Source: Sphingomonadaceae bacterium (lineage in GTDB: Bacteria > Pseudomonadota > Gammaproteobacteria > Burkholderiales > SG8-39). Taken from it: a stretch of 56,304 nt of DNA. Shown here piece by piece: positions 19,139-30,787 of this stretch; positions within the stretch are counted from its first letter, which is position 1; every line of letters begins with the position of its first letter. The notes beneath the pieces were generated by a model that saw nothing but the letters and a program-made list of their open reading frames with translations, did no database searches and had not been told where the DNA came from. Location: NCBI GenBank assembly GCA_050257375.1, contig JBLMWT010000264.1, forward strand, positions 1-56,304, in the 5' to 3' direction. The position numbers and the translations under genes are program-made.

Positions 19139-21027
19139 GCTTTGGCCGATTCCTTCAGTGCGTTGCGAATCTGTTCGAGCGCCCCCGGATCCTCGATCGT
19201 CGTGAGATCGCCAGGGTCGCGTCCCTCCGCGAGCGCCTGGATCGAGCGGCGCAGCGTCTTGCCGGAGCGCGTCTTGGGAAGGAGCGTCACGAAATGCACC
19301 GCGCGCGGCCGCCCGATCGCGCCCAGCTGCCGGTCGACGGTCTCCATGACTTCTTTCTCGAGCTTCTTTGCGTCGCCGACCGCGGTCTTCGCGACGGCGA
19401 AAGCGAGCGGCATCTGGCCTTTGAGCGAATCTTCCACGCCCACCACCGCACACTCTGCGATATTCGGATGCATGCTGATGGCTTCCTCGATCTCGCGCGT
19501 TCCGAGGCGGTGGCCGGCGACGTTGATCACATCGTCCGTCCGCCCGAGGATGAAGTAGTAGCCGTCCTTGTCCCGGATGCCCCAGTCGAAGGTGGAGTAC
19601 ACCTGCTTCTTGCTGAAAGTCGAGTAGTACGTTTTGACGTAACGCTCGTCGTCGCCCCAGATCGTCGTCATGCAGCCCGGCGGCAGCGGCGGCACGATCG
19701 CGACCACGGCCTTCTCGTCCGGTCCCGCCTCGCTTGCGTCGGACTCGCGCAGCAGCCGCAGGTCGTAGCCATATACCGGGAACGACGGGCTGCCCAGCTT
19801 GATCGAGGTCTTCTCTACGCCCGGCACCGCCGACAGGATCGGCCAGCCGGTCTCCGTCTGCCAGTAATGGTCGATCACCGGGATACCGAGCGCCTCCGAG
19901 ATCCAGCGGTGCGTCGGCTCGTCGAGCGGCTCGCCTGCGAGGAACAGGTGCCTGAGCGAGGAGACGTCGTATTTCTTGAGGTACGCGGGATCCTGCTTCT
20001 TCAGTACCCGGATCGCGGTTGGCGCCGAGAACATGACGCTCGCCTTGTACTTCTCGACCAACTTCCACCAGATGCCCGCGTCGGGGCGGATCGGCACGCC
20101 CTCGTACATGATCGTGGTCATCCCGGCGATCAGCGGGCCGTAGATGATGTACGAGTGCCCGACGACCCAGCCGATGTCGGAGGTGGTGAACATCGTCTCG
20201 CCCGGATTGCCGCAGTAGATGAGCTTCATCGACGAGGCGAGCGCAACCGCGTAGCCGCCGACGTCGCGCTGCACGCCCTTCGGTCTGCCCGTGGTGCCGG
20301 AGGTGTACAGGATGTAGGACGGCTCGCTCGACTCGAGCCAGGTGCACGGCATCTGCGCGCCTTCGTGCTTCGCGGCCAGCTCCTTCCATTCGACGTCGCG
20401 TGCCGGAACGACCGGCATCCTGGGATCGAGGCCGCGCCGGTAGATCAGCACCTTCTGCGGCGGATGCTTGGCGAGGCGGATCGACTCGTCCACCAGCGCC
20501 TTGTAGAGCACCGGCTTGCCCATCCGGCTGCCACCGTCGGCGGTGATCATCAGGCTGGGTCGCGCGTCGTCGATGCGCGCGGCGAGGCTCGCCGCCGCGA
20601 AACCGCCGAACACCACCGAGTGCACCGCGCCGAGCCGCGCGCAGGCGAGGATCGCGAAGCAGGCCTCCGGAATCATCGGCATGTAGACGATCACGCGGTC
20701 GCCCTTCTTCACGCCGAGCGACTGCATCATCGCCGCCGTGCGCTGCACCTCGCGGTGCAGTTCCTCGAAAGTGAAGCTCTTCTCCTCGTCGATCTCGGTC
20801 GAGACGTACACCAGCGCCTTCTGCTTTGCGCGCGCCGGCAGGTGTCGGTCGACCGCGTTGTAGCAGAGGTTCGTTTCACCGCCGACGAACCACTTGGCGA
20901 ACGGCGGCCGCGAGTAATCCAGCACCTTGCCGAAGGGCTTGTGCCAGTGCACCAGCTTCGCCTGTTCCGCCCAGAACGCGTCGCGCTCCTCGATCGAGCG
21001 GCGATGGAAATCGCGGTAGTTGGTCAT
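19135..21027 (-). CDS. prpE: propionate--CoA ligase
   Basis: WFVGGETNLCYNAVDRHL, YTSGTTGRPKGVQRDVGGYAVAL, DHYWQTETGWP, PKTRSGK. Confidence 0.92.
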   Translation of the reverse strand: MTNYRDFHRRSIEERDAFWAEQAKLVHWHKPFGKVLDYSRPPFAKWFVGGETNLCYNAVDRHLPARAKQKALVYVSTEIDEEKSFTFEELHREVQRTAAMMQSLGVKKGDRVIVYMPMIPEACFAILACARLGAVHSVVFGGFAAASLAARIDDARPSLMITADGGSRMGKPVLYKALVDESIRLAKHPPQKVLIYRRGLDPRMPVVPARDVEWKELAAKHEGAQMPCTWLESSEPSYILYTSGTTGRPKGVQRDVGGYAVALASSMKLIYCGNPGETMFTTSDIGWVVGHSYIIYGPLIAGMTTIMYEGVPIRPDAGIWWKLVEKYKASVMFSAPTAIRVLKKQDPAYLKKYDVSSLRHLFLAGEPLDEPTHRWISEALGIPVIDHYWQTETGWPILSAVPGVEKTSIKLGSPSFPVYGYDLRLLRESDASEAGPDEKAVVAIVPPLPPGCMTTIWGDDERYVKTYYSTFSKKQVYSTFDWGIRDKDGYYFILGRTDDVINVAGHRLGTREIEEAISMHPNIAECAVVGVEDSLKGQMPLAFAVAKTAVGDAKKLEKEVMETVDRQLGAIGRPRAVHFVTLLPKTRSGKTLRRSIQALAEGRDPGDLTTIEDPGALEQIRNALKESAKA

Positions 21028-21051
21028 GCCCGCCTCCTTCCGGCCGCCAGA

Positions 21052-22044
21052 TTACGCGTTCAGGTCGACCACGACCCGGCCGCGGATTTGCGCTGCGATA
21101 AACTTTTCGAACACCGTGGGCAACTCGCCGAACGGGATGGTGTGCGCCAGCTCCTTGAGATGCGTCGGCCGCATATCGCCCGCCAGGCGGCGCCACACCT
21201 CCTCGCGCAGCGGCATCGGGCAATTCACCGAGTCGACCCCCAGCAAGCTCACGCCGCGCAGGATGAAGGGCAGCACGGTGGTATTCAGCGTCGTGCTCGC
21301 CGCCAGCCCGATCGAGGCGATGCAGCCGCCGATCTTCATGGTGCTCGCCATCCACGCGAGCACTTCGCCGCCGAGATTGTCCACGGCGCCCGCCCAGGTC
21401 GCCTTGTCCAGCGGGCGGATCTTCGTCAGATCGAGCTCGCCGCGCAGGCGCACATCCTTCGCGCCGAGCTTCATCAGATAGTCCGACTCGTTCGCCTTGC
21501 CGGTGAGCGCCACCACCTCGTAACCGAGGCGCGCGAGCGCGTCGACCGCGATCGAGCCGACGCCGCCGGTCGCGCCGTCGACAATGACCGGCCCGTTCGC
21601 GGGCTTCAACCCGTTCTGCTCCATGCGCACGATCGCCAGGCCGGCGGTGAATCCTGCGGTGCCGAACGCCATCGCCTCCCAAAGCGTCAGCCCCTTGGGC
21701 AGCTTGACCAGCCAGTCGGCGGGAACGCGCGCGTATTCCGCATAGCCGCCGTGATGCTTGACTCCGATGTCGAACCCTGTGGCGAGCACCGCCTCGCCTT
21801 TGGCGAAGCGCGCGTCGGTCGACGACACGACGGTGCCCGAAAAATCGATGCCGCCGATGCACGAGGGCCGTAGCAGGATGCGTCCCTTGCCGGTCGCGGC
21901 GAGCGCGTCCTTGTAGTTCACGTCCGAGTACGCGACCTTGACGACCACCTCGCCCGGGTCGAGATCTTCGAGTCCGTACTCGACGTACCCGGCTTGCACC
22001 TTCTTGTCGACTTCGCTGATCCTGAATGCCTTGAATTTGGCCAT
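21052..22044 (-). CDS. acuI: acrylyl-CoA reductase AcuI/YhdH family oxidoreductase
   Basis: Start MAKFKAFRI; VNYKDALA, GTAGFTAG, GATGGVGS, PFILRGVSLLGVDSV. Confidence 0.85.
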   Translation of the reverse strand: MAKFKAFRISEVDKKVQAGYVEYGLEDLDPGEVVVKVAYSDVNYKDALAATGKGRILLRPSCIGGIDFSGTVVSSTDARFAKGEAVLATGFDIGVKHHGGYAEYARVPADWLVKLPKGLTLWEAMAFGTAGFTAGLAIVRMEQNGLKPANGPVIVDGATGGVGSIAVDALARLGYEVVALTGKANESDYLMKLGAKDVRLRGELDLTKIRPLDKATWAGAVDNLGGEVLAWMASTMKIGGCIASIGLAASTTLNTTVLPFILRGVSLLGVDSVNCPMPLREEVWRRLAGDMRPTHLKELAHTIPFGELPTVFEKFIAAQIRGRVVVDLNA

Positions 22045-22064
22045 CTCGTCCTCCGCACGCGATC

Positions 22065-23159
22065 TTAGCGCGGCGCCCGCTCGCTTTGCAGGTACTCGGC
22101 AGCTTGCATCTCGTGCAGCCTGCTCACCGTGCGCGCGAATTCGGCGCTGTGCGCGCCGTCCACGAACAGTTCCTCCGGCTGCGCCTCGGCCCCGACCGCC
22201 AGCTTGACCCGATCGTCGTACAGCACGTCGACCAGCCAGGTGAAGCGGCGCGCGGCGTCCGCCTCGCGCGCCGACATGCGCGGCACGCCGGACAGGATCA
22301 GGGTGTGGAAGCGCCTCGCCAAGTCGACGTAGTCGGCGTACGAGCGAGGCCCCTCGCACAGCGCCTTGAAGTCGAACCACGCCAAGCCGCCTGCGCGCTT
22401 GCGGTAGGCGATCTGCCGTCCTTCGACGTCGAGCGCGTGGCGCTCCTCTTCCACGTCCCTGAGCTCTTCGAAGATGCGTGCCAGTTCGGCTTCCGCATTC
22501 GGCCCCGCGTGATAGACCTTGAGGCGCTCGAGCTTGCGCCTGCGGTAGTCCACGCCGCCGTCCACCTCGAGCACGTCGAGACGCGACTCGAGCAGCGCGA
22601 TCACCGGCAGGAAGCGCTCGCGCTGCAGGCCGTTCGGATAGAGCGCGCCGGGCGCGTAGTTCGAGGTCATGCACATCACCACGCCCCGCTCCGTCACCTG
22701 CTCGAGGTAGCGACCGAGGATCATCGCATCGGCGATGTCGGAGACATGAAACTCGTCGAAGCAGATCAGGCGCCAACGGCGTGCGGTGCGCTCGGCCGCG
22801 GCCGCGAGCGGGTCCTCGGTGCCTTTCAGCTGGTCCAGTTCGCGGTGCAGCTCGCGCATGAAGTGGTGGAAGTGCACCCTGCGCTTCCTCACGAGCGGCA
22901 CGCACAGGAAGAAGCTGTCCATGAGGAAGCTCTTGCCGCGACCCACTCCGCCCCACAGGTACACCCCGCGGGGAAGCGGTGGCTTGACCAGCATGCGCCT
23001 GAGTGCAGTGGCGCGCCGCGCCTTGTACGCGCGCCATTCCTCGTACAGGCGCTGCAGGCGATCGACCGCGCGCCACTGCGCGGCGTCCGATACGAAGCCG
23101 CGGCTCGCGACTTGCTGGCGATAGAGCGAAACGACGTCGAGGCCCGTCGCGGCGTTCAT
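22065..23159 (-). CDS. zapE: cell division ATPase ZapE (AFG1 family)
   Basis: GVYLWGGVGRGKSFLMD, RVHFHHFM, LICFDEFHVSDIADAMIL, NGLQRERFLP, RTVSRL.EMQ. Confidence 0.94.
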   Translation of the reverse strand: MNAATGLDVVSLYRQQVASRGFVSDAAQWRAVDRLQRLYEEWRAYKARRATALRRMLVKPPLPRGVYLWGGVGRGKSFLMDSFFLCVPLVRKRRVHFHHFMRELHRELDQLKGTEDPLAAAAERTARRWRLICFDEFHVSDIADAMILGRYLEQVTERGVVMCMTSNYAPGALYPNGLQRERFLPVIALLESRLDVLEVDGGVDYRRRKLERLKVYHAGPNAEAELARIFEELRDVEEERHALDVEGRQIAYRKRAGGLAWFDFKALCEGPRSYADYVDLARRFHTLILSGVPRMSAREADAARRFTWLVDVLYDDRVKLAVGAEAQPEELFVDGAHSAEFARTVSRLHEMQAAEYLQSERAPR

Positions 23160-23184
23160 GCTCGCGCGTGCGGCCAGCGCGGGC

Positions 23185-23529
23185 TCACCGGCCCATGCGC
23201 CGGTCGTAGGCCTGCGAAAAGCGCTGGCTGAGCCCCGGGTCGCGCTGCGTCTGGCCTTTCGCGTCGAACTGAACGCGCACGCTGCCATCGGCCTGGCGCG
23301 CGACGACGACCGTGACGTCGATACCATCCTTGGCGCCGCGGATCAGTCCCGTGGCGGGATCGGCGGAGGTCACCTGCACGCCCGCGTCCTGCACGCCGCC
23401 GAGCGCCGCGTGCCAGGCGCGGTCGAAGTTCGCCGGCTGCGAGACGGTGTAAGGCTCGTAGACCACGCAGCCGAAGAGCGCGATGCCTTGCAGGGCGAGG
23501 ATGGGAACAAGGATGAAAGTGCGCAGCAT
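23185..23529 (-). CDS. hypothetical lipoprotein
   Basis: Lipobox ALFG|C; starts 3 bp after the lpdA stop. Confidence 0.72.
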   Translation of the reverse strand: MLRTFILVPILALQGIALFGCVVYEPYTVSQPANFDRAWHAALGGVQDAGVQVTSADPATGLIRGAKDGIDVTVVVARQADGSVRVQFDAKGQTQRDPGLSQRFSQAYDRRMGR

Positions 23530-23532
23530 GAG

Positions 23533-24963
23533 TCACCCGTTCAGTGAACGACCGTCTACCGCGAGCGCCGCCTCGCGCATGACCTCGGACATCGAAGGAT
23601 GCGCGTGGCAGATGCGCGCGATGTCCTCCGAGGAAGCGCCGAACTCGATCGCCATCACCGCCTCGGCGATCAGCTCGGAGGCCTGGCCGCCGATCGCATG
23701 CACGCCGAGCACGCGATCGCTCGCTTCGTCGGCCAGCACCTTGATGAAGCCCTCCGGCTCGTCGCGGCCGAGCGCCCGGCCGTTATAGGCGAACGGGAAG
23801 CGCCCGGCGCGGTAGCGCACCCCCTCGTCCTTCAATTGCTTTTCGGTCTTGCCCACCCAGGCGATCTCCGGCGCGGTGTAGATCACCCACGGTATCGCAT
23901 CGTAATTCACGTGCCCGCGCTGTCCCGCGATGATCTCGGCAACCATCACGCCCTCGTCTTCGCCCTTGTGCGCGAGCATCGGGCCGCGCACCACGTCTCC
24001 GATCGCGAACAGCCGCGGCAGGCTGGTGCGGCAGTTCTTGTCGACCTCGATCAGGCCGCGCGCGTCGATCTTCAGGCCCACATTCTCCGCCCCCAGGTCG
24101 TCCGTGTTCGGCACCCGGCCGATCGACACGATGAGCCGATCCACCTCCAAGGTTTTAGTTGAGCTATCTGAGACAGTATACTGAATACTCACGCTTTTCT
24201 TTGATTGCTTAACGGCCCCAATGGCAATCCCCAACTCGATGTCCAGTCCCTGCTCCTGAGTGAAGATCCGCCATGCCTCGTGGGCGATCGCCTCGTCGGC
24301 CGCACCAAGGAAAGTAGGCAAGGCCTCGAGGATCTTCACCTGAGCCCCGAGCCGGCGCCAAACGCTTCCTAGCTCCAGGCCGATGACGCCGGCACCGATC
24401 ACGCCGAGGCGCGCCGGGACCGCGTCGAAGGCGAGCGCTCCCTCGTTATCGCACACGAGCTTGTTGTCGACCGGCACACCGGGCAGATGGCGCGCCTTCG
24501 ACCCGGTCGCGATGATCACGTTCTTCGCCTCGACCGTCTCGGCCCCCTTGTCTCCCTTGACCTCCACCTTCCAGGTCGTGCCGCCGGACAGCAGCCTGCC
24601 GTGCCCCTGCAGCCAGGTCACCTTGTTCTTCCTGAACAGGCCCGCGATGCCGCCGGTCATCTTGCGGACGATCCGCTCCTTGCGTGCCTGCATCGCCGCC
24701 AGGTCGAGCTTGACGCCGCTCGCGTGGATGCCGTGCACCTTGAACTTGTGCTGCACGCGCTCGTAGTTCTCCGAGGACTCGAGCAGCGCCTTGGAGGGTA
24801 TGCACCCGACGTTCAGGCAGGTCCCGCCGAGCGCGTACTGGCCCTCCGGCGTCTTCCAGTTCTCAATGCAGGCGGTCACCAGGCCGAGCTGCGCTGCGCG
24901 GATCGCGGCGATATAGCCGGCCGGGCCGGCGCCGATCACCACCACGTCGAAACCTTGCGCCAT
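23533..24963 (-). CDS. lpdA: dihydrolipoamide dehydrogenase (E3)
   Basis: [38 protein letters not shown]; downstream of sucAB. Confidence 0.96.
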   Translation of the reverse strand: MAQGFDVVVIGAGPAGYIAAIRAAQLGLVTACIENWKTPEGQYALGGTCLNVGCIPSKALLESSENYERVQHKFKVHGIHASGVKLDLAAMQARKERIVRKMTGGIAGLFRKNKVTWLQGHGRLLSGGTTWKVEVKGDKGAETVEAKNVIIATGSKARHLPGVPVDNKLVCDNEGALAFDAVPARLGVIGAGVIGLELGSVWRRLGAQVKILEALPTFLGAADEAIAHEAWRIFTQEQGLDIELGIAIGAVKQSKKSVSIQYTVSDSSTKTLEVDRLIVSIGRVPNTDDLGAENVGLKIDARGLIEVDKNCRTSLPRLFAIGDVVRGPMLAHKGEDEGVMVAEIIAGQRGHVNYDAIPWVIYTAPEIAWVGKTEKQLKDEGVRYRAGRFPFAYNGRALGRDEPEGFIKVLADEASDRVLGVHAIGGQASELIAEAVMAIEFGASSEDIARICHAHPSMSEVMREAALAVDGRSLNG

Positions 24964-24972
24964 GGCCTATCC

Positions 24973-25290
24973 TTATTGCCGCTCGCGCGGCACGAAGATC
25001 CAGAGTACGACGTACGCGAACAAGGTAAAGCCGCCGAGCACCAGGCCGAGCACGAACAGAATCCGCCACACCCAGCTCTCGAGGCCCGTGAGGCGCCCGA
25101 GCCCGCCGCACACGCCTGCGATCCAGCGGTCCGCTTCCGAGCGCCGCAGCCGGTTTATCGCGAACCCGCTGCCGGTCCCCGCATCTGCGCCGTCGATCAG
25201 GCGGGCCTTGGCGCGCTCGAATTCGGCGTTCGTGAGCGCGCCCTTTTCGAGCAGCTCGTGAAGCCTGGCGATTTCGTCGGCGATCGACAC
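24973..25290 (-). CDS. SHOCT + PspC domain protein
   Basis: N-terminal DEIARLHELLEKGALTNAEFERAKARL (SHOCT); LRRSEADRWIAGVCGGLG...AYVVLWIFVP (PspC). Confidence 0.85.
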   Translation of the reverse strand: MSIADEIARLHELLEKGALTNAEFERAKARLIDGADAGTGSGFAINRLRRSEADRWIAGVCGGLGRLTGLESWVWRILFVLGLVLGGFTLFAYVVLWIFVPRERQ

Positions 25291-25294
25291 GGCG

Positions 25295-26545
25295 TCAGAT
25301 CTCCAGAATCATTCGCGCCGGATCTTCCAGCGCCTCTTTGAGCGCCACCAGGAACAGGACCGCCTCGCGGCCGTCGATGATGCGGTGGTCGTAGGACAGT
25401 GCCAGGTAATTCATCGGCCGGATTACGATCTGTCCGTTCTCTACGACCGGTCGCTCCTTGGTGACGTGCACGCCGAGGATCGCCGACTGGGGCGGATTGA
25501 TGATCGGCGTGGACAGCATCGAGCCGAACACTCCGCCGTTGGAGATGGAGAACGTGCCTCCGGTCAGCTCCTCGATGCCGAGCTTGCCGTCCTGCGCGCG
25601 CTTGCCGAAATCGGCGATCTTCTTCTCGATCGCCGCGAACGACAGCTGATCGCAGTCGCGCACGATCGGGACCACCAGACCGCGCGGACTGCCAACGGCG
25701 ATGCCGATATCGAAATAGCCGTGGTAAACGATGTCGTTGCCGTCCACCGAAGCGTTCACCACCGGAAACTTCTTCAGCGCAGCGACCGCCGCCTTGACGA
25801 AGAACGACATGAATCCGAGCTTGACTCCGTGCTCCTTCTCAAAGCGCTCCTGATACTTGCGCCGCAGGTCCATGATCGGCTGCATGTTCACTTCGTTGAA
25901 GGTCGTGAGGATGGCGGCGCTCGATTGCGACTGCACCAGGCGCTCGGCGATGCGCGCGCGCAGGCGCGACATCGGCACGCGCTGCTCCGGCCGACTTCCG
26001 AGCACGCGCTCCACGTCGACGGGGGTCGCGGGCTGCGTCAACGGAATTTTGGGGGGAGTCGGTGCTTCGACCTGAGCCGTCGCGTAGGAGGCCGGTTTGC
26101 CGACGTGCGCCAGCACGTCGGCCTTGGTGACGCGCCCATCGCGGCCGCTGCCCTGGATGCGCGCCGTATCGATACCCTGCTCCGCCGCGAGCTTCTGCGC
26201 CGCGGGCATGACCGGCGGCGCCTGCCTGGCGGCCGGCAAGGGCGCGTGCGGCGCAGGCTCCGGCTTCGCGAAGGGGGCAGGCGCGGCCGGCGCGGCGCTC
26301 GCGCGCGCATCGGTATCGATGGTCGCGATCACCTCGCCGGCGCTCACCGCGCCGCCGGTCTGCTTCATGATCTTGGTCAGCACGCCGTCGGCGGGCGCCG
26401 GCAGCTCCATGACCACCTTGTCGGTTTCGATGTCGATCAGATTCTCGTCCCGCGACACCGGCTCGCCTTCCTTCTTGTGCCACTCGAGCAGCGTCGCCTC
26501 GGAGACCGACTCCGAGAGCTGCGGCACCTTCACCTCGACGATCAC
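25295..26545 (-). CDS. sucB: 2-oxoglutarate dehydrogenase E2 (dihydrolipoyl succinyltransferase)
   Basis: GTG start [14 protein letters not shown]; lipoyl motif IETDKVV; [10 protein letters not shown]; SYDHRIIDG. Confidence 0.96.
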   Translation of the reverse strand: MIVEVKVPQLSESVSEATLLEWHKKEGEPVSRDENLIDIETDKVVMELPAPADGVLTKIMKQTGGAVSAGEVIATIDTDARASAAPAAPAPFAKPEPAPHAPLPAARQAPPVMPAAQKLAAEQGIDTARIQGSGRDGRVTKADVLAHVGKPASYATAQVEAPTPPKIPLTQPATPVDVERVLGSRPEQRVPMSRLRARIAERLVQSQSSAAILTTFNEVNMQPIMDLRRKYQERFEKEHGVKLGFMSFFVKAAVAALKKFPVVNASVDGNDIVYHGYFDIGIAVGSPRGLVVPIVRDCDQLSFAAIEKKIADFGKRAQDGKLGIEELTGGTFSISNGGVFGSMLSTPIINPPQSAILGVHVTKERPVVENGQIVIRPMNYLALSYDHRIIDGREAVLFLVALKEALEDPARMILEI

Positions 26546-26647
26546 TTGACTCTCCCGTTCGATTTTTCCCCGGGTCCGGCCCAGCCTCGCCCGGGTTGGC
26601 GAAAAACCAGCGCGTAACGCGCCGGGCAATACGTCAGCTTCTGCCTG

Positions 26648-29479
26648 CTATTTGAACTTTCCGAATGCCATGTCGATGAGTGCCGCCTGTCGCGCTTGGT
26701 GCTTCGCCAGGTAACCCCCGGCCGGCGCCGCCGACGGCGGCCGTCCTGCGTAGTACAGCTTCTGCTCCGGGCGCTTGTTCTCGTTGAAGTAATGGGCGCT
26801 TTGGTACCACGCCCCCTGATTCTGCGGTTCCTCCTGGCACCAGACGATCTCGCGCGCGTTCGGATAGCGCTTCAGCTCGGCCGCGAACTGCTTGTGCGGA
26901 AACGGATAGAGCTGCTCGACACGGATGATCGCCACGTTGTCGTGGCGCCGCTCGCGCCGCGCGGCGAGCAGGTCGTAGTAAACCTTACCGCAGCAGGCGA
27001 TGACGCGGGTCACCTCCTTCGGTTCGAGCGCGTCGATTTCGGGCATTACGGTGAGGAACGATCCGCTCGCGAGCTCCTTGATCGGCACGGAGGCTTCCTT
27101 CTTGCGCAGCAACGACTTGGGCGTGAGCACCACCAGCGGCTTCCTGAAAGGGCGCAGCATCTGGCGCCGCAGCAGGTGGAAGATCTGGGAGGCATTCGAC
27201 GGCACGCAGACCTGCATGTTGTGCTCGGCGCACAGCTGCAGGTAGCGCTCCAGGCGCGCCGAGGAATGCTCGGGTCCCTGGCCTTCGTAGCCGTGCGGCA
27301 GGAACAGCGTCAGTCCGCACACGCGGCCCCACTTCGCTTCGCCCGAGCTGATGAACTGGTCGATCACCACCTGCGCGCCGTTGGCGAAGTCGCCGAATTG
27401 CGCCTCCCATATGACCAGCGCATTGGGCTCCGCGGTGGCGTAGCCATACTCGAAGCCGAGCACCGCCTCTTCCGAGAGCACCGAGTCGATGACTACGAAC
27501 GAGCCTTGGTCCTTGGAGATGTTGGACAGCGGCGTATAACTGCCCTGATCCCAGCGCTCGCGGTCCTGGTCGTGCATCACGGCATGGCGGTGGGCGAAGG
27601 TGCCGCGCCCGCTGTCCTGCCCCGAGAGCCGCACGTCGTAGCCGTTGGAGAGCAGGCTCGCGTAGGCGAGCGTCTCGGCCATGCCCCAGTCCACCGGGAG
27701 CTTGCCTTCGGCCATCTGCTTGCGCGCCTGGATCACGCGCTCGACGCTCGGGTGCAGCTTGAAATCTTCCGGCACCGACGTGACGCGCTCGGCCAGGCGC
27801 CGCAGCTCGGCAAGGGGCACGTGCGTGTCCGCCGCGTCGGTCCACTTGGTATTGAGAAAAGGCGCCCAGTCGACCGCGAACTTGCTCTTGAAGTTCGAGA
27901 TCACCGGATTCGCGCTCAGCCTGCCCGCATCGAGGTCGGAGCGGTAATTCTTGATCATCTCCTCTGCGTCGCCCGCCTGGATCACGCCCTGCGCGCCCAG
28001 CCTGTCGGCGTAAAGCTTGCGCGTGCCGGGGTGCTGGGCGATCTTCTTGTACATGAGCGGCTGGGTGACGAACGGCTCGTCCTGCTCGTTGTGCCCGAGC
28101 TTGCGGAAGCACACCAGGTCGATCACCACGTCCTTCTTGAACTGCTGGCGGAAGTCGAGCGCAAGCTGCGTGACGAACAGCACCGCCTCGGGATCGTCGC
28201 CGTTCACGTGGAAGATCGGCGCCTCGACCATCTTCGCCACGTCGGTGCAGTAGATGGTCGAGCGCGTGTCGCGCGGATCCGAAGTGGTGAAGCCGATCTG
28301 GTTGTTGACCACGATGTGCACCGTGCCCCCGGTGCCGTAGCCGCGCGTCCCCGAGAGGTTCAGCGTCTCCATGACGACGCCCTGGCCCGCAAACGCAGCG
28401 TCGCCGTGGATCAGGATCGGCAGCACTTCCCCGCCCGTCCGGTCGTCGCGCCTGCGCTGGCGGGCGCGCACCGAGCCCTCGACCACGGGATTGACGATCT
28501 CGAGGTGCGAGGGATTGAAGGCGAGCGAGATGTGCACCGGTCCGCCCGCCGTCGAGATGTCCGAGGAAAAGCCGTTGTGGTACTTGACGTCGCCCGCCGT
28601 CAATTCGTGCGCCTGCTTGCCCTCGAACTCGAGGAACAGCTCGTGCGGCATCTTGCCGAGGACGTTCACGAGCACGTTCAGCCGGCCGCGGTGCGCCATG
28701 CCGATCACGAACTCCTGCACGCCGACCGCGCCGGCGCGCTGGATCAGCTCGTCAATCGACGGGATGAGACTCTCGCCGCCCTCGAGAGAAAACCGCTTCT
28801 GCCCGACGTAGCGCGTGTGCAGATAGCGCTCGAGCTGCTCGGCCTCGGTGAGCTTCTGCAGCAGTCGCTTCTGCACTTCGGGAGCGAAGCTGGGCGTGCC
28901 GCGCAACGGCTCGATGCGCTGCTGGATCCAGTCGCGCTGGGCGCGGTCGCTGATGAACATGTACTCGTAGCCCACGTTGCCGCAATAGGTCTCGCGCAGC
29001 GCCTGGATCAGGTTCCTGAGCGTCGTGCGGTCCAGGCCGACGAACGAGCCCGCGTTCACTTCCCGGTCGAGATCCGCCTCCTTCAGATCGTAGTAGGCCG
29101 CCTCGAGTTCGGGCGCCGCCGGCCTCGGCATGCGCTTGAGCGGGTCGAGCGTCGCCCAGCGCGCGCCGGAAATGCGGTAGGCAGTGATGAGAAGGAGCGC
29201 GGAGACCTGCAAGCGCTCGTGAGCAACGTCGATCTGCGGCACGCCGCGGCCGGCCAGCGCGCCCGTACGAGCGCGCTGCACGAACGACTCGACCACCGGC
29301 GCATGCGCCACGTCGCGTGCCGCGCCCGCCGCTCCCGGCAGCTGTTGCATCTGGTCGAAGTATTCGCGCCACTCCCCGGGCACCGACCCGGGATTGGCCA
29401 GGTACTGCTCGTAGAGTTCCTCGATGAACGGTGCGTTGCCGCCGAACAGATAGGAGTTGCCGAGCAGCTCCTTCATCAT
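26648..29479 (-). CDS. sucA: 2-oxoglutarate dehydrogenase E1
   Basis: Start MMKELLGNSYLFGGN; KRFSLEGGES, GMAHRGRLN, HGDAAFAGQG, WEAQFGDF, PHGYEGQGPEHSS. Confidence 0.97.
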   Translation of the reverse strand: MMKELLGNSYLFGGNAPFIEELYEQYLANPGSVPGEWREYFDQMQQLPGAAGAARDVAHAPVVESFVQRARTGALAGRGVPQIDVAHERLQVSALLLITAYRISGARWATLDPLKRMPRPAAPELEAAYYDLKEADLDREVNAGSFVGLDRTTLRNLIQALRETYCGNVGYEYMFISDRAQRDWIQQRIEPLRGTPSFAPEVQKRLLQKLTEAEQLERYLHTRYVGQKRFSLEGGESLIPSIDELIQRAGAVGVQEFVIGMAHRGRLNVLVNVLGKMPHELFLEFEGKQAHELTAGDVKYHNGFSSDISTAGGPVHISLAFNPSHLEIVNPVVEGSVRARQRRRDDRTGGEVLPILIHGDAAFAGQGVVMETLNLSGTRGYGTGGTVHIVVNNQIGFTTSDPRDTRSTIYCTDVAKMVEAPIFHVNGDDPEAVLFVTQLALDFRQQFKKDVVIDLVCFRKLGHNEQDEPFVTQPLMYKKIAQHPGTRKLYADRLGAQGVIQAGDAEEMIKNYRSDLDAGRLSANPVISNFKSKFAVDWAPFLNTKWTDAADTHVPLAELRRLAERVTSVPEDFKLHPSVERVIQARKQMAEGKLPVDWGMAETLAYASLLSNGYDVRLSGQDSGRGTFAHRHAVMHDQDRERWDQGSYTPLSNISKDQGSFVVIDSVLSEEAVLGFEYGYATAEPNALVIWEAQFGDFANGAQVVIDQFISSGEAKWGRVCGLTLFLPHGYEGQGPEHSSARLERYLQLCAEHNMQVCVPSNASQIFHLLRRQMLRPFRKPLVVLTPKSLLRKKEASVPIKELASGSFLTVMPEIDALEPKEVTRVIACCGKVYYDLLAARRERRHDNVAIIRVEQLYPFPHKQFAAELKRYPNAREIVWCQEEPQNQGAWYQSAHYFNENKRPEQKLYYAGRPPSAAPAGGYLAKHQARQAALIDMAFGKFK

Positions 29480-29484
29480 GACGC

Positions 29485-30774
<1,290 letters not shown>

Positions 30775-30787
30775 GGTCGTCTCCTTA

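Noticed and set aside
15095-23076. Apparent long N-terminal extensions or fusions in the ORF track (726, 833, 551 and 674 aa here; also 40094-43306, 52024-54747, 53166-55445)
   Set aside because: The extensions are Arg/Ala/Pro-rich off-frame reads through neighbouring genes. True starts with an SD or ATGA coupling lie downstream.
24148-24240. AT-rich patch as dif, oriC, LexA box or IHF site
   Set aside because: No XerD arm (TTATGTTAAAT-like), no DnaA boxes, no CTGT-N8-ACAG, and no full WATCAANNNNTTR match.
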